This document shows, piece after piece, positions 6,960 to 16,198 of a DNA stretch of 29,707 nucleotides. The first letter of the stretch is position 1. Each line of letters opens with the position of its first letter. Under the pieces are notes generated by a model that made no database searches, was not told the origin of the DNA, and saw only the letters and a program-made list of their open reading frames with translations. Source of the stretch: a virus (Duplodnaviria > Caudoviricetes); IMG/VR virus record IMGVR_UViG_3300031519_000149, positions 1 through 29,707 of that record. One strand, written 5' to 3'. The translations under genes were made by a program, and so were the position numbers.

Positions 6960-8722
6960 ATGTTCTCCATTTCTCTTGTAGTGCTATATGTAGTGAATCC
7001 GTTCTCTTTAACAACTTGTAAGACACTAGCAACTCTTCCTGCTAGTTCTTCTCTGTGTGAAACTAACCAAATTGATTTGTTACGACTACGAGCCATGTCT
7101 TTAAGAATAGCCATAGCATTCTCTACGCCAATTGTATCTAATCCTGAGTCTATTAACTCATCAATAAACAATGTATTGATAGGGAAGTATAAGTTTTCCC
7201 ATACATCTCTAAATGCGAATGATAACCCTAAGATCAATCTATTGCGTTCTCCCCTACTTAGATTATCAAAGTCTAGTTCTCTACCCAATTCTGTAATTTC
7301 TACAGTTAAATCATTTTGGAACACAACTTGATGCGGTAATCCCATTTTGTCTAAGTATGATGTTAACCTTGAATTTAAATACGATAAGTTTTGATCAATG
7401 ATTTTTTTACGTACAAATGAGTCTTTGCTTGTTAATAAGTCAAGCAAGAACTTCTGATGATCGCCTATGCGTGATAATTCATTAACTCTATTGAAGTCAA
7501 ACTCTTGCAATGCGTTCTTCTCCATATCAATGATTTGATCAGTGTATGGATTCTCTTCTTGCTCTTTACGATTAACTTGTCCGCTTAAGTCTTTGATTTT
7601 ATTCTTATGTTCAATTGCTTCTGCTTCAGATGAATAGAACGTATTAGGTTTATCTCCTACTTCTCCGATTTTATCTTTTTCTTTCTCTAATTCTACATAG
7701 ACTTCAGCCAATTCTCCTATATGAACATTGGCTTCCTCAAGTGATTCTTTCTTACTATCAAAGACTTGTGTATGAGCATCGTCATGGAAGTCTTGTCCAC
7801 AAGTGTGACATTTGTTCGTTTCTAGTATGCTTAATTCTTTTTCTATCTTAGCGATAGACTTGGCTTCTCTGTCGATATCAGATTGAGTCCTTACAAGTAT
7901 TTTGTCGATATCTTTGTGTTCTTTCAGTCGTTGATTGTATACAACTAACTGTTTGTGTCCAAGTAATTCGGCATCAATATCGAGTTTTTTTAATCTCTCA
8001 ATGTTATCTTTTAACTTAGTAATGTCTTCATTTGTCTTGGCATCCCACAGTCTTGCTCTACTCTTAAGACTGTTTATTTGCTCTTCTATCCGCTTATTAG
8101 CCTCTTCGATTGCTTGGACTTTAAGTTGTTCGTGTTGTATGTCTTCTTTGTTTTGTTTGATTATAACTTTTATCTTTTCTGCTTTCTCTGATAGTAAAGT
8201 TATACCAAGCAATTGCTCAATTATGTCACGTTGTTGACTTTGTGACATGCTTAAGAACGGCTGACTGTAAGTATTCAATGCTATAACGTTTCTAAACATT
8301 GTAGATGACATGCCAATAATCTTTTCAATAAGCAGTTGTGTCTCTTTGTTCTCGCCCTGCGCCTCATTGTCTTCTTCGTTTACACCATCAACAAAGAATC
8401 GTAATAGATTTGGTTTACGACCACGTTCAATACGATACTCAACGCCATTGGCTTCAAAGTCGAGTGTAACTAAACAGCCTTTGCTATTTGTTCTATTAAT
8501 TAAATTGTTTGCTTTGATGTTATTGAGAGCAGTACCATATAACGCATAACTAACTGCTTGAATAAGTGTAGTCTTGCCTGTACCATTTCTAGCACCATCG
8601 CCACCTAAGTCTAAGTTGTCTCCTAAAATAAGAGTAAGTTCTTGGTTATCTAAATTGACTGCTTGTGTGACAGAGCCTACACTTAGAAAGTTTCTTAACG
8701 TTACATTTTTTAATTTTATCAT
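6956..8722 (-). CDS. gp46: Recombination endonuclease ATPase subunit, T4 gp46 / SbcC / Rad50-like (588 aa)
   Basis: Walker A RNGTGKTT, coiled coils with zinc hook CHTC, signature LSRGE, Walker B FIDE/D-loop and H-loop VSH. Confidence 0.95.
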   Translation of the reverse strand: MIKLKNVTLRNFLSVGSVTQAVNLDNQELTLILGDNLDLGGDGARNGTGKTTLIQAVSYALYGTALNNIKANNLINRTNSKGCLVTLDFEANGVEYRIERGRKPNLLRFFVDGVNEEDNEAQGENKETQLLIEKIIGMSSTMFRNVIALNTYSQPFLSMSQSQQRDIIEQLLGITLLSEKAEKIKVIIKQNKEDIQHEQLKVQAIEEANKRIEEQINSLKSRARLWDAKTNEDITKLKDNIERLKKLDIDAELLGHKQLVVYNQRLKEHKDIDKILVRTQSDIDREAKSIAKIEKELSILETNKCHTCGQDFHDDAHTQVFDSKKESLEEANVHIGELAEVYVELEKEKDKIGEVGDKPNTFYSSEAEAIEHKNKIKDLSGQVNRKEQEENPYTDQIIDMEKNALQEFDFNRVNELSRIGDHQKFLLDLLTSKDSFVRKKIIDQNLSYLNSRLTSYLDKMGLPHQVVFQNDLTVEITELGRELDFDNLSRGERNRLILGLSFAFRDVWENLYFPINTLFIDELIDSGLDTIGVENAMAILKDMARSRNKSIWLVSHREELAGRVASVLQVVKENGFTTYSTTREMENM

Positions 8723-9735
8723 AAGGATTGATAAATCTCCAATAATACACCTTTATCATAGAACTCAGATTCAATGTTTTTAATTTGTTCAATAATAATT
8801 GAATCAACGCTTTCAAATGATATCTCTCCAGGTGCTAAGTCATTTTCATGTTCAGTAGTTTTAACTGGAATTAGCGACATTTCTCTTAATTCATGTTGCG
8901 GAATTAATTGTTCTCTGATATAATTAGATTCCTCATATGAGATATCGATGTCCAAATGTACTCTAACATGAGCATTCTTAATCAATAGCCCTTCTGGGTT
9001 CTCTAATACTTCACTTAGTTTGTAAACTCTGTATACAGGTTGATCAGGCCAAGAATGAAAGACAGGTTCTTCGTCCCATTCTAACACCATCATGCCTCTA
9101 GCATCATCACCAGCATCTGCATAATTATGAGGGAAAGCATTACCCATATACCAAACATTCTTTCTTGCTTGACGTTTGTGAAAATGTCCTGAGAATACTT
9201 TGTCAAAGTGTTCTAAATGATCTGTATTCGCACCGCCGTGATCTGGCATTTCTATCATAGCATTCATGTAGAAGTGTGGTAACTCTAAATGAGCAAACAA
9301 ATACTTGCCCTTCTTCTTTCTAAGTAGTTTATGATCGTCACCACATAGCCAAGGAGCAATAACGCAATTGCCTTCTTCAAGGAATTCATCAACGATGACT
9401 ACATTATTGAGATGTTTTGCCCACTCAACTGAGTGAATATCTCGTTTGTCTCTGTAATAGAGGTCGTGATTGCCTGTAATAAAATAAACTTTTTCAAACG
9501 CATTGTTAAGTTTCTCTAACGCATTGAGACCGAACTGTAAAGTATGCATATTAATACTTGCTCTGTGATGATTCCAATCACCCAAGAATAAACAGGTCTC
9601 ACATCCTTCTGCTTTAGATTTTTCGATGAACCAATCCACAAAATCACTACAATCTTGGTTATGCTGTATACTATTACTCTTTAACCCGAAATGTATGTCT
9701 GTGAATACAGCCGCTTTTTTAAAAAGATTACTCAT
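8719..9735 (-). CDS. gp47: Recombination endonuclease nuclease subunit, T4 gp47 / SbcD / Mre11-like (338 aa)
   Basis: Metallophosphoesterase motifs DIHFG, GDWNH, GNHD and GHFH; ATGA overlap with gp46. Confidence 0.95.
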   Translation of the reverse strand: MSNLFKKAAVFTDIHFGLKSNSIQHNQDCSDFVDWFIEKSKAEGCETCLFLGDWNHHRASINMHTLQFGLNALEKLNNAFEKVYFITGNHDLYYRDKRDIHSVEWAKHLNNVVIVDEFLEEGNCVIAPWLCGDDHKLLRKKKGKYLFAHLELPHFYMNAMIEMPDHGGANTDHLEHFDKVFSGHFHKRQARKNVWYMGNAFPHNYADAGDDARGMMVLEWDEEPVFHSWPDQPVYRVYKLSEVLENPEGLLIKNAHVRVHLDIDISYEESNYIREQLIPQHELREMSLIPVKTTEHENDLAPGEISFESVDSIIIEQIKNIESEFYDKGVLLEIYQSL

Positions 9736-9762
9736 AATTAGTTTTCCCAGTATTCATCATCT

Positions 9763-9791
9763 ATTATACACACTAAAGGTAGGCAAAGCAA
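9763..9791 (-). promoter_or_regulatory. Sigma70-type promoter for the gp47-gp46 operon
   Basis: TTGCTT-N17-TATAAT on the minus strand in the intergenic gap. Confidence 0.7.
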
Positions 9792-9831
9792 GACGTTTGG
9801 ACGCCTTGTTTGCCCAATATCATTACTGATA

Positions 9832-10764
9832 TTATTCAGTGTATGTTTCTACTGGTTTTTCTGCGCCTAACCCTGTGTAGTCCTTCATCTGACGAGAGAA
9901 AGATGGGTTTAGTCCGTTCATTTCGAGGATATCATCTCTGATATTTTGATTACGTTTCTCAGTGTTAAGAACTCTACAGAAACTATTAGTGATTGCCGCA
10001 GTATAATATGCGAAAGGATTGGCTGACTTTGCTTCATTGAATCGTAAGCCGACATATGTCAACTGTAAGATAGCAGAGTTACGCATCTCATCATTGTAAG
10101 TGTAACCACGCCAGTTGTATTTCATAGCATACTTTTCACATAGCATAATGTACATACGTGCTAGTTTGTCAGTCAATGCTCCATTAGTAGCAGTGAAAGA
10201 ACCAGTCTTCATGCCACCTTTCCAATGAGATTTACCAACTAAAGTTAAAGTCATGGTGTTAGCATCTAAAAGATAATGTTGAAATGGGGGAAAGTTTACT
10301 TTAGAATGAACCATGTCATCAACAACTGCTTTTGTTTTTTTGTCTTCTAAATCAGCAAATGAATCTTCAGATGAATCCTCATCGAAATCAATAATGTCTA
10401 CTGCTTTCTTTTTCTTAACAACTTTGCGAGGTTGTTTTTGAGTTAACGGAATATGATCCCAAGTCATTACCCTAAACATTAACCCATCTGTTTCAATTGT
10501 ACTTGGGTCAAGTTTATTTTTGCCTGTCAACCCTTGCTCTGCTGATAGTCTTAAAGACTTTAATAACTTTGCTTCTTCGATTTGTTCTGGTTGTACACAC
10601 CATGCTAAACTTTTTTCTAAGCCAGATTCAAACATGTCAGCGATTAAATCATACTGATGATGTTGTTTTTTTGTATATGAACAATACGAAGTTTTGCTTT
10701 TATGGATTTCTTTTAAAATATCCTTGTTATTTAAATAATTGACTGTTTTTCTTGGTGCTGGCAT
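9832..10764 (-). CDS. gp55: Late transcription sigma factor, T4 gp55-like (310 aa)
   Basis: N-terminal YLNNKDIL, core NWRGYTYNDEM...F.E.KS.NPFAYYT....NSF.R....EK, and gene order 55-47-46 as in T4-like phages. Confidence 0.85.
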   Translation of the reverse strand: MPAPRKTVNYLNNKDILKEIHKSKTSYCSYTKKQHHQYDLIADMFESGLEKSLAWCVQPEQIEEAKLLKSLRLSAEQGLTGKNKLDPSTIETDGLMFRVMTWDHIPLTQKQPRKVVKKKKAVDIIDFDEDSSEDSFADLEDKKTKAVVDDMVHSKVNFPPFQHYLLDANTMTLTLVGKSHWKGGMKTGSFTATNGALTDKLARMYIMLCEKYAMKYNWRGYTYNDEMRNSAILQLTYVGLRFNEAKSANPFAYYTAAITNSFCRVLNTEKRNQNIRDDILEMNGLNPSFSRQMKDYTGLGAEKPVETYTE

Positions 10765-10811
10765 TAATTTTCCTTTTATGTTGTGGTATTTCTATAGGTC
10801 TATGTGTACTC

Positions 10812-10840
10812 ATTGTATAGTAAGTTGCGTCTAATTACAA
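10812..10840 (-). promoter_or_regulatory. Sigma70-type promoter for the gp55-like gene
   Basis: TTGTAA-N17-TACAAT on the minus strand; SD AAGGA before the ATG. Confidence 0.6.
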
Positions 10841-10874
10841 CTAATACGGGTAAATTTCCGGGGGTTTTTGTAAA

Positions 10875-10906
10875 GATAAATATATCATGTGAGAATACTA
10901 TTTATA
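10875..10906. promoter_or_regulatory. Face-to-face pair of late promoters (GATAAATA on + at 10875-10882; TATAAATA on - at 10899-10906)
   Basis: Divergent gap between gp55 and the baseplate operon. The minus-strand copy is the exact T4 late consensus. Confidence 0.65.
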
Positions 10907-10944
10907 CAAATAGGTATATCCATTTAATTTAGGAATAATGTAAT

Positions 10945-11724
10945 ATGTTGATAACTACAAATGAAGGTGCAAAAGGCGCCCAAGAAGCAGAATCTGCATC
11001 CATAAACGGAGATTGGCGTGTCCGTTTGTCGTTGGCACCAGAAGCTAAATATCTGTACAATGCTACACCTCCAGGAATCCTTGCTCCGTTAAAAGACACA
11101 GACGGTGTTGTATTCCCATATACTCCTACAATAAACATTAGTTACAATGCTAATTATGACGGCACTTTACCAACACATTCAAATTATAGAATAAATCAGT
11201 ATACGAGTAGTGAGGTAGGTGATATTACTGTAACTGCTGAATTTACAGCACAGGATACACTAGAGGCAAACTATGTGTTAGCATGTATTCATTTTTTTAA
11301 ATCAATGACTAAAATGTTTTATGGACAAGATGAGAATCCAAAAAATGGAACTCCACCCCCTTTAGGTTTTTTTCATGGGCTAGGAACATTTCAACTTAAC
11401 AATCACCCTATAGGCATTACTAATTTTTCATATGCGTTGCCTAAAGACGTAGACTATATTCGAGCAACAAATTCTGATGCTCAAACAGATTCAACAGTTA
11501 CACTTATCGGCGGACAAATATCACCTGGTGGTACTAAACCACCTCCTAACTTCCCAGTAACTCAGGACACAGGCATTACTTATATTCCGACAAAAATGAC
11601 AATGACAATTACATGTGTTCCGATCATTAGTAGAAATACTATTAGTAATAAATTTAGTCTCAAGGATTACGCATCTGGTAAACTTGTACGTGGCAATCAA
11701 CAAAACTTTCCAGGTATGTGGTAA
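10945..11724 (+). CDS. Baseplate/tail tube initiator-like virion protein (259 aa)
   Basis: First gene of the baseplate operon, directly before a gp53-like gene. GVVFPYTP, ITVTAEFT, PPP...F.G.G and a terminal P....TIT strand resemble tube-fold initiator proteins of contractile tails. Confidence 0.5.
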   Translation: MLITTNEGAKGAQEAESASINGDWRVRLSLAPEAKYLYNATPPGILAPLKDTDGVVFPYTPTINISYNANYDGTLPTHSNYRINQYTSSEVGDITVTAEFTAQDTLEANYVLACIHFFKSMTKMFYGQDENPKNGTPPPLGFFHGLGTFQLNNHPIGITNFSYALPKDVDYIRATNSDAQTDSTVTLIGGQISPGGTKPPPNFPVTQDTGITYIPTKMTMTITCVPIISRNTISNKFSLKDYASGKLVRGNQQNFPGMW

Positions 11725-12047
11725 TGGCTAGCACTAATAACAACATATATCCAAAAACAAGCCCTTACTACAATTCACAAATTGTAAATAACAACTTTTT
11801 AGATGTATTGCAATTTAACACGCCGATTCCACCAATATCATCTGATGCTGACTTCACCGTTACAGCACAGTATGAGTTTAGACCAGATTTACTAGCACAG
11901 CACTTATACAACGATCCTAGATTATGGTGGGTATTTGCCGCCAGAAATCCTGACACATTAGGACCAGATCCATACTTTAACTTAGTGTCAGGTATCACAA
12001 TTAAAATACCAACACAAAGCACTATTACATCTTCATTGGGTATATAA
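11724..12047 (+). CDS. gp53: Baseplate wedge subunit, T4 gp53 / LysM-like
   Basis: RPDLLAQHLYNDPRLWWVFAARN...G..IKIP motif. Likely ATG at 11724 (TAATG overlap); a second TAATG overlap joins it to the next gene. Confidence 0.8.
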   Translation: MASTNNNIYPKTSPYYNSQIVNNNFLDVLQFNTPIPPISSDADFTVTAQYEFRPDLLAQHLYNDPRLWWVFAARNPDTLGPDPYFNLVSGITIKIPTQSTITSSLGI

Positions 12048-14134
12048 TGGCAGAAGAAACAGGCAGACGTTTAGATAATCCATTAGGGGTGTTAAGTTCT
12101 TATACATACCAAATCTCTCTTTATATGGTAAGTCCTACAGCCTATGATGCATTTACATCAACTGGTAGAACAAAGATTGAAGCACTACAAAATATAGAAG
12201 GCTCTATTGAGGGTGCCGGCACTGCATTTTTAATAGCACAATCAGGCGGTATTAATAACGAAACACAATCAAGGGCAAACGGTTTTACTAAAGATGTTTA
12301 TATTGATAATCTTTTAATAGAACACAAAGTCGGAGCCCCAGCAACACAATCAGCAACAAGTACATATAATGTAACGTTTGATATTACAGAGCCGTATTCA
12401 TTTTCATTTACTAACAATTTAAGAAGAGCAAGTAATGCGATCATCGAAGCAGAACCAGATAAATTTGCTAGTGGTAGTCCTGATCAAGGTTCTAGGCAAT
12501 TTTTTATATTAGGTATAAAATTTTTAGGTTATGACGAAAATGGAAATATAGCATCTGGCAAAGAAGTAACAATGGAAGATGGTCAGCCTATTGATGCCGC
12601 GGCAACTGGTGATTTTATGTTTGAAACTTTTTATGATATTATGATCACAGGAATAAGATTTTCTATAGACGGACCAGCAACGCAATATAAAATTCAAGCC
12701 AAAAATCCTTCAGCAGGAAAAGCAACTAGTACAAAGGTTGGAAGATTAAAAGGGCCCTATACAGTCGCTAGTAGCACCCTCCAAGAAATGTATGATGGTG
12801 AAAACGGTTTGTTTACGCAATTAAATAAATTTGAACAATCTTTAACTGAAGGAGGAGATAAGGCATCACAAGAGTACGCAAACAAGTATGTAATTGAATT
12901 TATTGGTGATGACGCAGATTCTTTAAGCAAAGCAAGTATGTTAAGTGAAGCCGATTTAAACAAAAGTACTTGGGCCCAACTAAAACCAAATGCTCAAAGT
13001 CCCGCGACTGATCAAAAAGATGCAAAATCAAACCCTAATAATAGTGAAAGACAATTTATCTTTAAAAAAGGTGAACCTATTATATCAACATTTGATATGT
13101 TGATCAAAACTAGTTCATATATGAAAAATGCTTTACAAGTGATATATCAAAATAAAGTTGGTCCTAATTTAGAGTCAGGTAAACCAGAACAAACAGAAGG
13201 ATCTAGTCAACAACGCATTGCTTGGTATCATGTAACTCCTGTTATTTCTGATCTTAAATGGGACGGTCTAAAAAATGACTGGGCATATACAATGACATAT
13301 CGAGTAGAAACACATCAAACTCCGATAGTAAATGTCGGAGGTACTAATCCAGGAACAGACTATTATGGTCCTCATAAAAGATATGAATATTGGTGGACTG
13401 GTCAAAACAAAGAAATTTTAGATTATAAACAAAACCTTGATTATTTATATTATAATGAAACTATAGGCAATGTAAGTAAAAATGATAACTCTGCGGATAA
13501 ATCAGTAAGCGTGTCAACTAATGTACAAGATACAGAACAATCTAAAGACGGATCTTTCGGATCATCTCAATCGATAGAGAACTCATTTATAACTAGTCTT
13601 TATTCACCAGATTCATATGCTAAAGCAAAAATTACACTGTTCGGAGATCCAGATTACCTCGTGACAGATTTTCGAGGCGGACCAAATGAGCCGTATCAAC
13701 GATTTTATGGTGATGATGGATTTAGACTTAACGCAAATGGTGGACAAGTGTTTATAGAGATTGACTTTAAAGAAGCCCTAGACTACAATGATGGTGGTCA
13801 AAGCCAAATATATTTAGACCAATACAATATTACTACATCAAACACTGGTGTACTAGATATCAATGAAAGTATTTTATTTTTTAAATATCCAGACTGGATA
13901 GCAAATCAGATTAAAGGAGTTGCTTATACAATCGTTGATATTAAATCAAAATTTTTAGGAGGAAAATTCACTCAAATACTAGATTGCAACCTAACATCTT
14001 TTCCTACTAATCCACCAGGCGCACCTCCAACAAACGGAGCCGCTGGCGCCGCCTTTGTTGGTCCTAGGCAAGAAGAAGATGGCGGTGAGGGAAGAGAATT
14101 GCCGCTACCTCTACCTATTATAGGAGTATTTTAG
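12047..14134 (+). CDS. Baseplate hub-like protein (gp27 / late control D-like position, 695 aa)
   Basis: Lies between gp53 and the gp5-like spike. C-terminal KITLFGDP and G.Y.I..I.SKF.GGKFTQ.L motifs are typical of hub proteins. Confidence 0.55.
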   Translation: MAEETGRRLDNPLGVLSSYTYQISLYMVSPTAYDAFTSTGRTKIEALQNIEGSIEGAGTAFLIAQSGGINNETQSRANGFTKDVYIDNLLIEHKVGAPATQSATSTYNVTFDITEPYSFSFTNNLRRASNAIIEAEPDKFASGSPDQGSRQFFILGIKFLGYDENGNIASGKEVTMEDGQPIDAAATGDFMFETFYDIMITGIRFSIDGPATQYKIQAKNPSAGKATSTKVGRLKGPYTVASSTLQEMYDGENGLFTQLNKFEQSLTEGGDKASQEYANKYVIEFIGDDADSLSKASMLSEADLNKSTWAQLKPNAQSPATDQKDAKSNPNNSERQFIFKKGEPIISTFDMLIKTSSYMKNALQVIYQNKVGPNLESGKPEQTEGSSQQRIAWYHVTPVISDLKWDGLKNDWAYTMTYRVETHQTPIVNVGGTNPGTDYYGPHKRYEYWWTGQNKEILDYKQNLDYLYYNETIGNVSKNDNSADKSVSVSTNVQDTEQSKDGSFGSSQSIENSFITSLYSPDSYAKAKITLFGDPDYLVTDFRGGPNEPYQRFYGDDGFRLNANGGQVFIEIDFKEALDYNDGGQSQIYLDQYNITTSNTGVLDINESILFFKYPDWIANQIKGVAYTIVDIKSKFLGGKFTQILDCNLTSFPTNPPGAPPTNGAAGAAFVGPRQEEDGGEGRELPLPLPIIGVF

Positions 14135-14137
14135 AAT

Positions 14138-16198
14138 ATGCCAAGAGACGTAGATAAAATAAAAGGAAAACTAAAAAGAGATCCTGGTCCGTACCCTATA
14201 CTTTGTATAGTATACGGCACTGCTGATCCTCAGCGAATGGGACAAATACAAGTTTACCCTTCAGAAAGTTTAGATACTTCTACAACTGAACCAGCAACTT
14301 ACACAGTTAAAAAATTGTTTAGTTCTTTTGGTGAGACACGTGGAAACGGACCAAAAACTGGCTGGGGAGATTACACTACTAATCCAAGTTCATATGGTCA
14401 ATGGAATTCTCCGCCAGATGTAGGCTCACAAGTTATCTGTATCTTTGTTAATGGTGATCCTAATCAAGGTTACTACATTGGTTCAGTAGTAAATACAACT
14501 AATCCTAATCTTGGTCCAGTGCCAGCTATAGGTGGAACTGAGAATGTTACACTCAATGCTGGAGAAGGCGCATCATATGGCGGTGCAACAAGACTTCCTG
14601 TTACTAACATAAACACAAACAACGCAGAATTAGCACATACTGTTGACTTTTTGTCTGCGGCTAAACCAGTACATAGTTATGTTGCTTCTATCATGCAACA
14701 GCAAGGCATTCTAAGAGACAAATATAGAGGCCCAATTTCAAGTAGTGCAACAAGAGAAGCATCAAGTAGAGTAGGTTGGGGTGTAAGTACTCCCGGCAGA
14801 CCAATCTATCAAGGTGGTTACACAGATGAAACTCTTGCATCTGAACTCGATGCTGATCCACAAGATTATAACGTTATAGCAAGACGAGGTGGACATTCAC
14901 TTGTTATGGATGATGGAGATATTATTGGACGTGATCAATTAATTAGATTGCGTACAGCATTAGGGCATCAGATTCTAATGAGCGATGACGGACAGATGTT
15001 ATCTATCTTACACTCAAACGGACAATCATACATTGAATTAGGTAAAGAAGGTACAGTTGATATCTTTGCTACTAACTCAGTTAATGTACGTACACAAGGT
15101 GATCTTAACTTACATGCAGACAACGATTTAAATCTTCATGCTGGTAGAAATGTTAATATCAACGCAAGTGAAAACCTGTCAGTCAACTCAGATAAAAAAT
15201 ACTCACAAAGAGTTGGCGAAGAGTATGCCTTATATTCTCTTAAAGATATGACATTTAAATCAGATGCCGCTATCGGATTAGGGGCGGCTGGACAAATAGG
15301 CTTAACAGCCGCCGCAGAAATATGTCAAACTGGATTAGAGATACAGTTAAATGGTACTGCCGCATCGCTAAAAGCAGATAAAGTTGAACCAATAGAAATA
15401 ACTCAACACCCAGATACCTTATTTGATAAAACTGTTGGTTGGGCCGCGGCTTTAGCCAAACTAAGCAGTATTACAAGTAGAGCACCAGCCCATATGCCTT
15501 GGATGAGTGCTAATCAAGGAGTTGATGTAATAGTTGAGTCAGGAGCAGATGAAGCACTGCCACCACCACCGTCAGCAGGAGTATCAGCAGTTAACGCATT
15601 AGCGGCAACAACTGATCAACCTGGAGTCACTGGAGCAACATCAGCATCAGTGCCAGAAGTTGGAGCAATTAGTGGGTCACTTGATAAAAACGCAACAACA
15701 TCAATGCTCGGTGGAATTGCTACTTCAGCGGCAGGTTCAGTTAACGAGGCAGTTGCTACAGGAACTCAAATTGTAACTGACGCGGCAGGCGGACTAAGTG
15801 CGTCAATTGGTAGTTTCGGTCAAACAGCATCACAGTTAGCATCTGGCGGAGTTCTTAAGCCAGGAGCAGACACGATGGTTAATACATTAGTAAGTTCAGG
15901 CAAAAGCATTAAAGATTCAATGCCGGCATCAGTGTTTACTGGGAAAAATGGTACAAATAGTTTAACGTCATTAATTCAGAATCCTTCAACTCAAGCAAAA
16001 TCCGTAGTAACAAATTTACAAAAAGGACAAACAGCATTAACAACGATTGGTGTAATATCAGGTAAAGAAACATCTACTGCGATTGCAGGTGTAGTAGCAG
16101 GGACAGGTACATCATCAGTAGGTGGTGGTAGTCTTAGTTCTACAGTTACTTCAACAACAAACACGTTAAACTCATTAACAGGAGGTGGAGGTGGCTAA
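14138..16198 (+). CDS. gp5: Baseplate central spike, gp5/VgrG-like, without a recognisable lysozyme domain (686 aa)
   Basis: OB-fold motifs DPQRMGQIQV and PPDVGSQVICIFVNGDPNQGYYIG; GHSLVMDD, RLRTALGHQILMSD, and beta-helix repeats (GDLNLHADNDLNLHAGRNVNINA). The C-terminus is Ala/Gly/Ser/Thr-rich and ends GGGGG. Confidence 0.85.
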   Translation: MPRDVDKIKGKLKRDPGPYPILCIVYGTADPQRMGQIQVYPSESLDTSTTEPATYTVKKLFSSFGETRGNGPKTGWGDYTTNPSSYGQWNSPPDVGSQVICIFVNGDPNQGYYIGSVVNTTNPNLGPVPAIGGTENVTLNAGEGASYGGATRLPVTNINTNNAELAHTVDFLSAAKPVHSYVASIMQQQGILRDKYRGPISSSATREASSRVGWGVSTPGRPIYQGGYTDETLASELDADPQDYNVIARRGGHSLVMDDGDIIGRDQLIRLRTALGHQILMSDDGQMLSILHSNGQSYIELGKEGTVDIFATNSVNVRTQGDLNLHADNDLNLHAGRNVNINASENLSVNSDKKYSQRVGEEYALYSLKDMTFKSDAAIGLGAAGQIGLTAAAEICQTGLEIQLNGTAASLKADKVEPIEITQHPDTLFDKTVGWAAALAKLSSITSRAPAHMPWMSANQGVDVIVESGADEALPPPPSAGVSAVNALAATTDQPGVTGATSASVPEVGAISGSLDKNATTSMLGGIATSAAGSVNEAVATGTQIVTDAAGGLSASIGSFGQTASQLASGGVLKPGADTMVNTLVSSGKSIKDSMPASVFTGKNGTNSLTSLIQNPSTQAKSVVTNLQKGQTALTTIGVISGKETSTAIAGVVAGTGTSSVGGGSLSSTVTSTTNTLNSLTGGGGG

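Noticed and set aside
6796-10742. Plus-strand ORFs within the gp55-47-46 block
   Set aside because: Antisense to well-supported genes.
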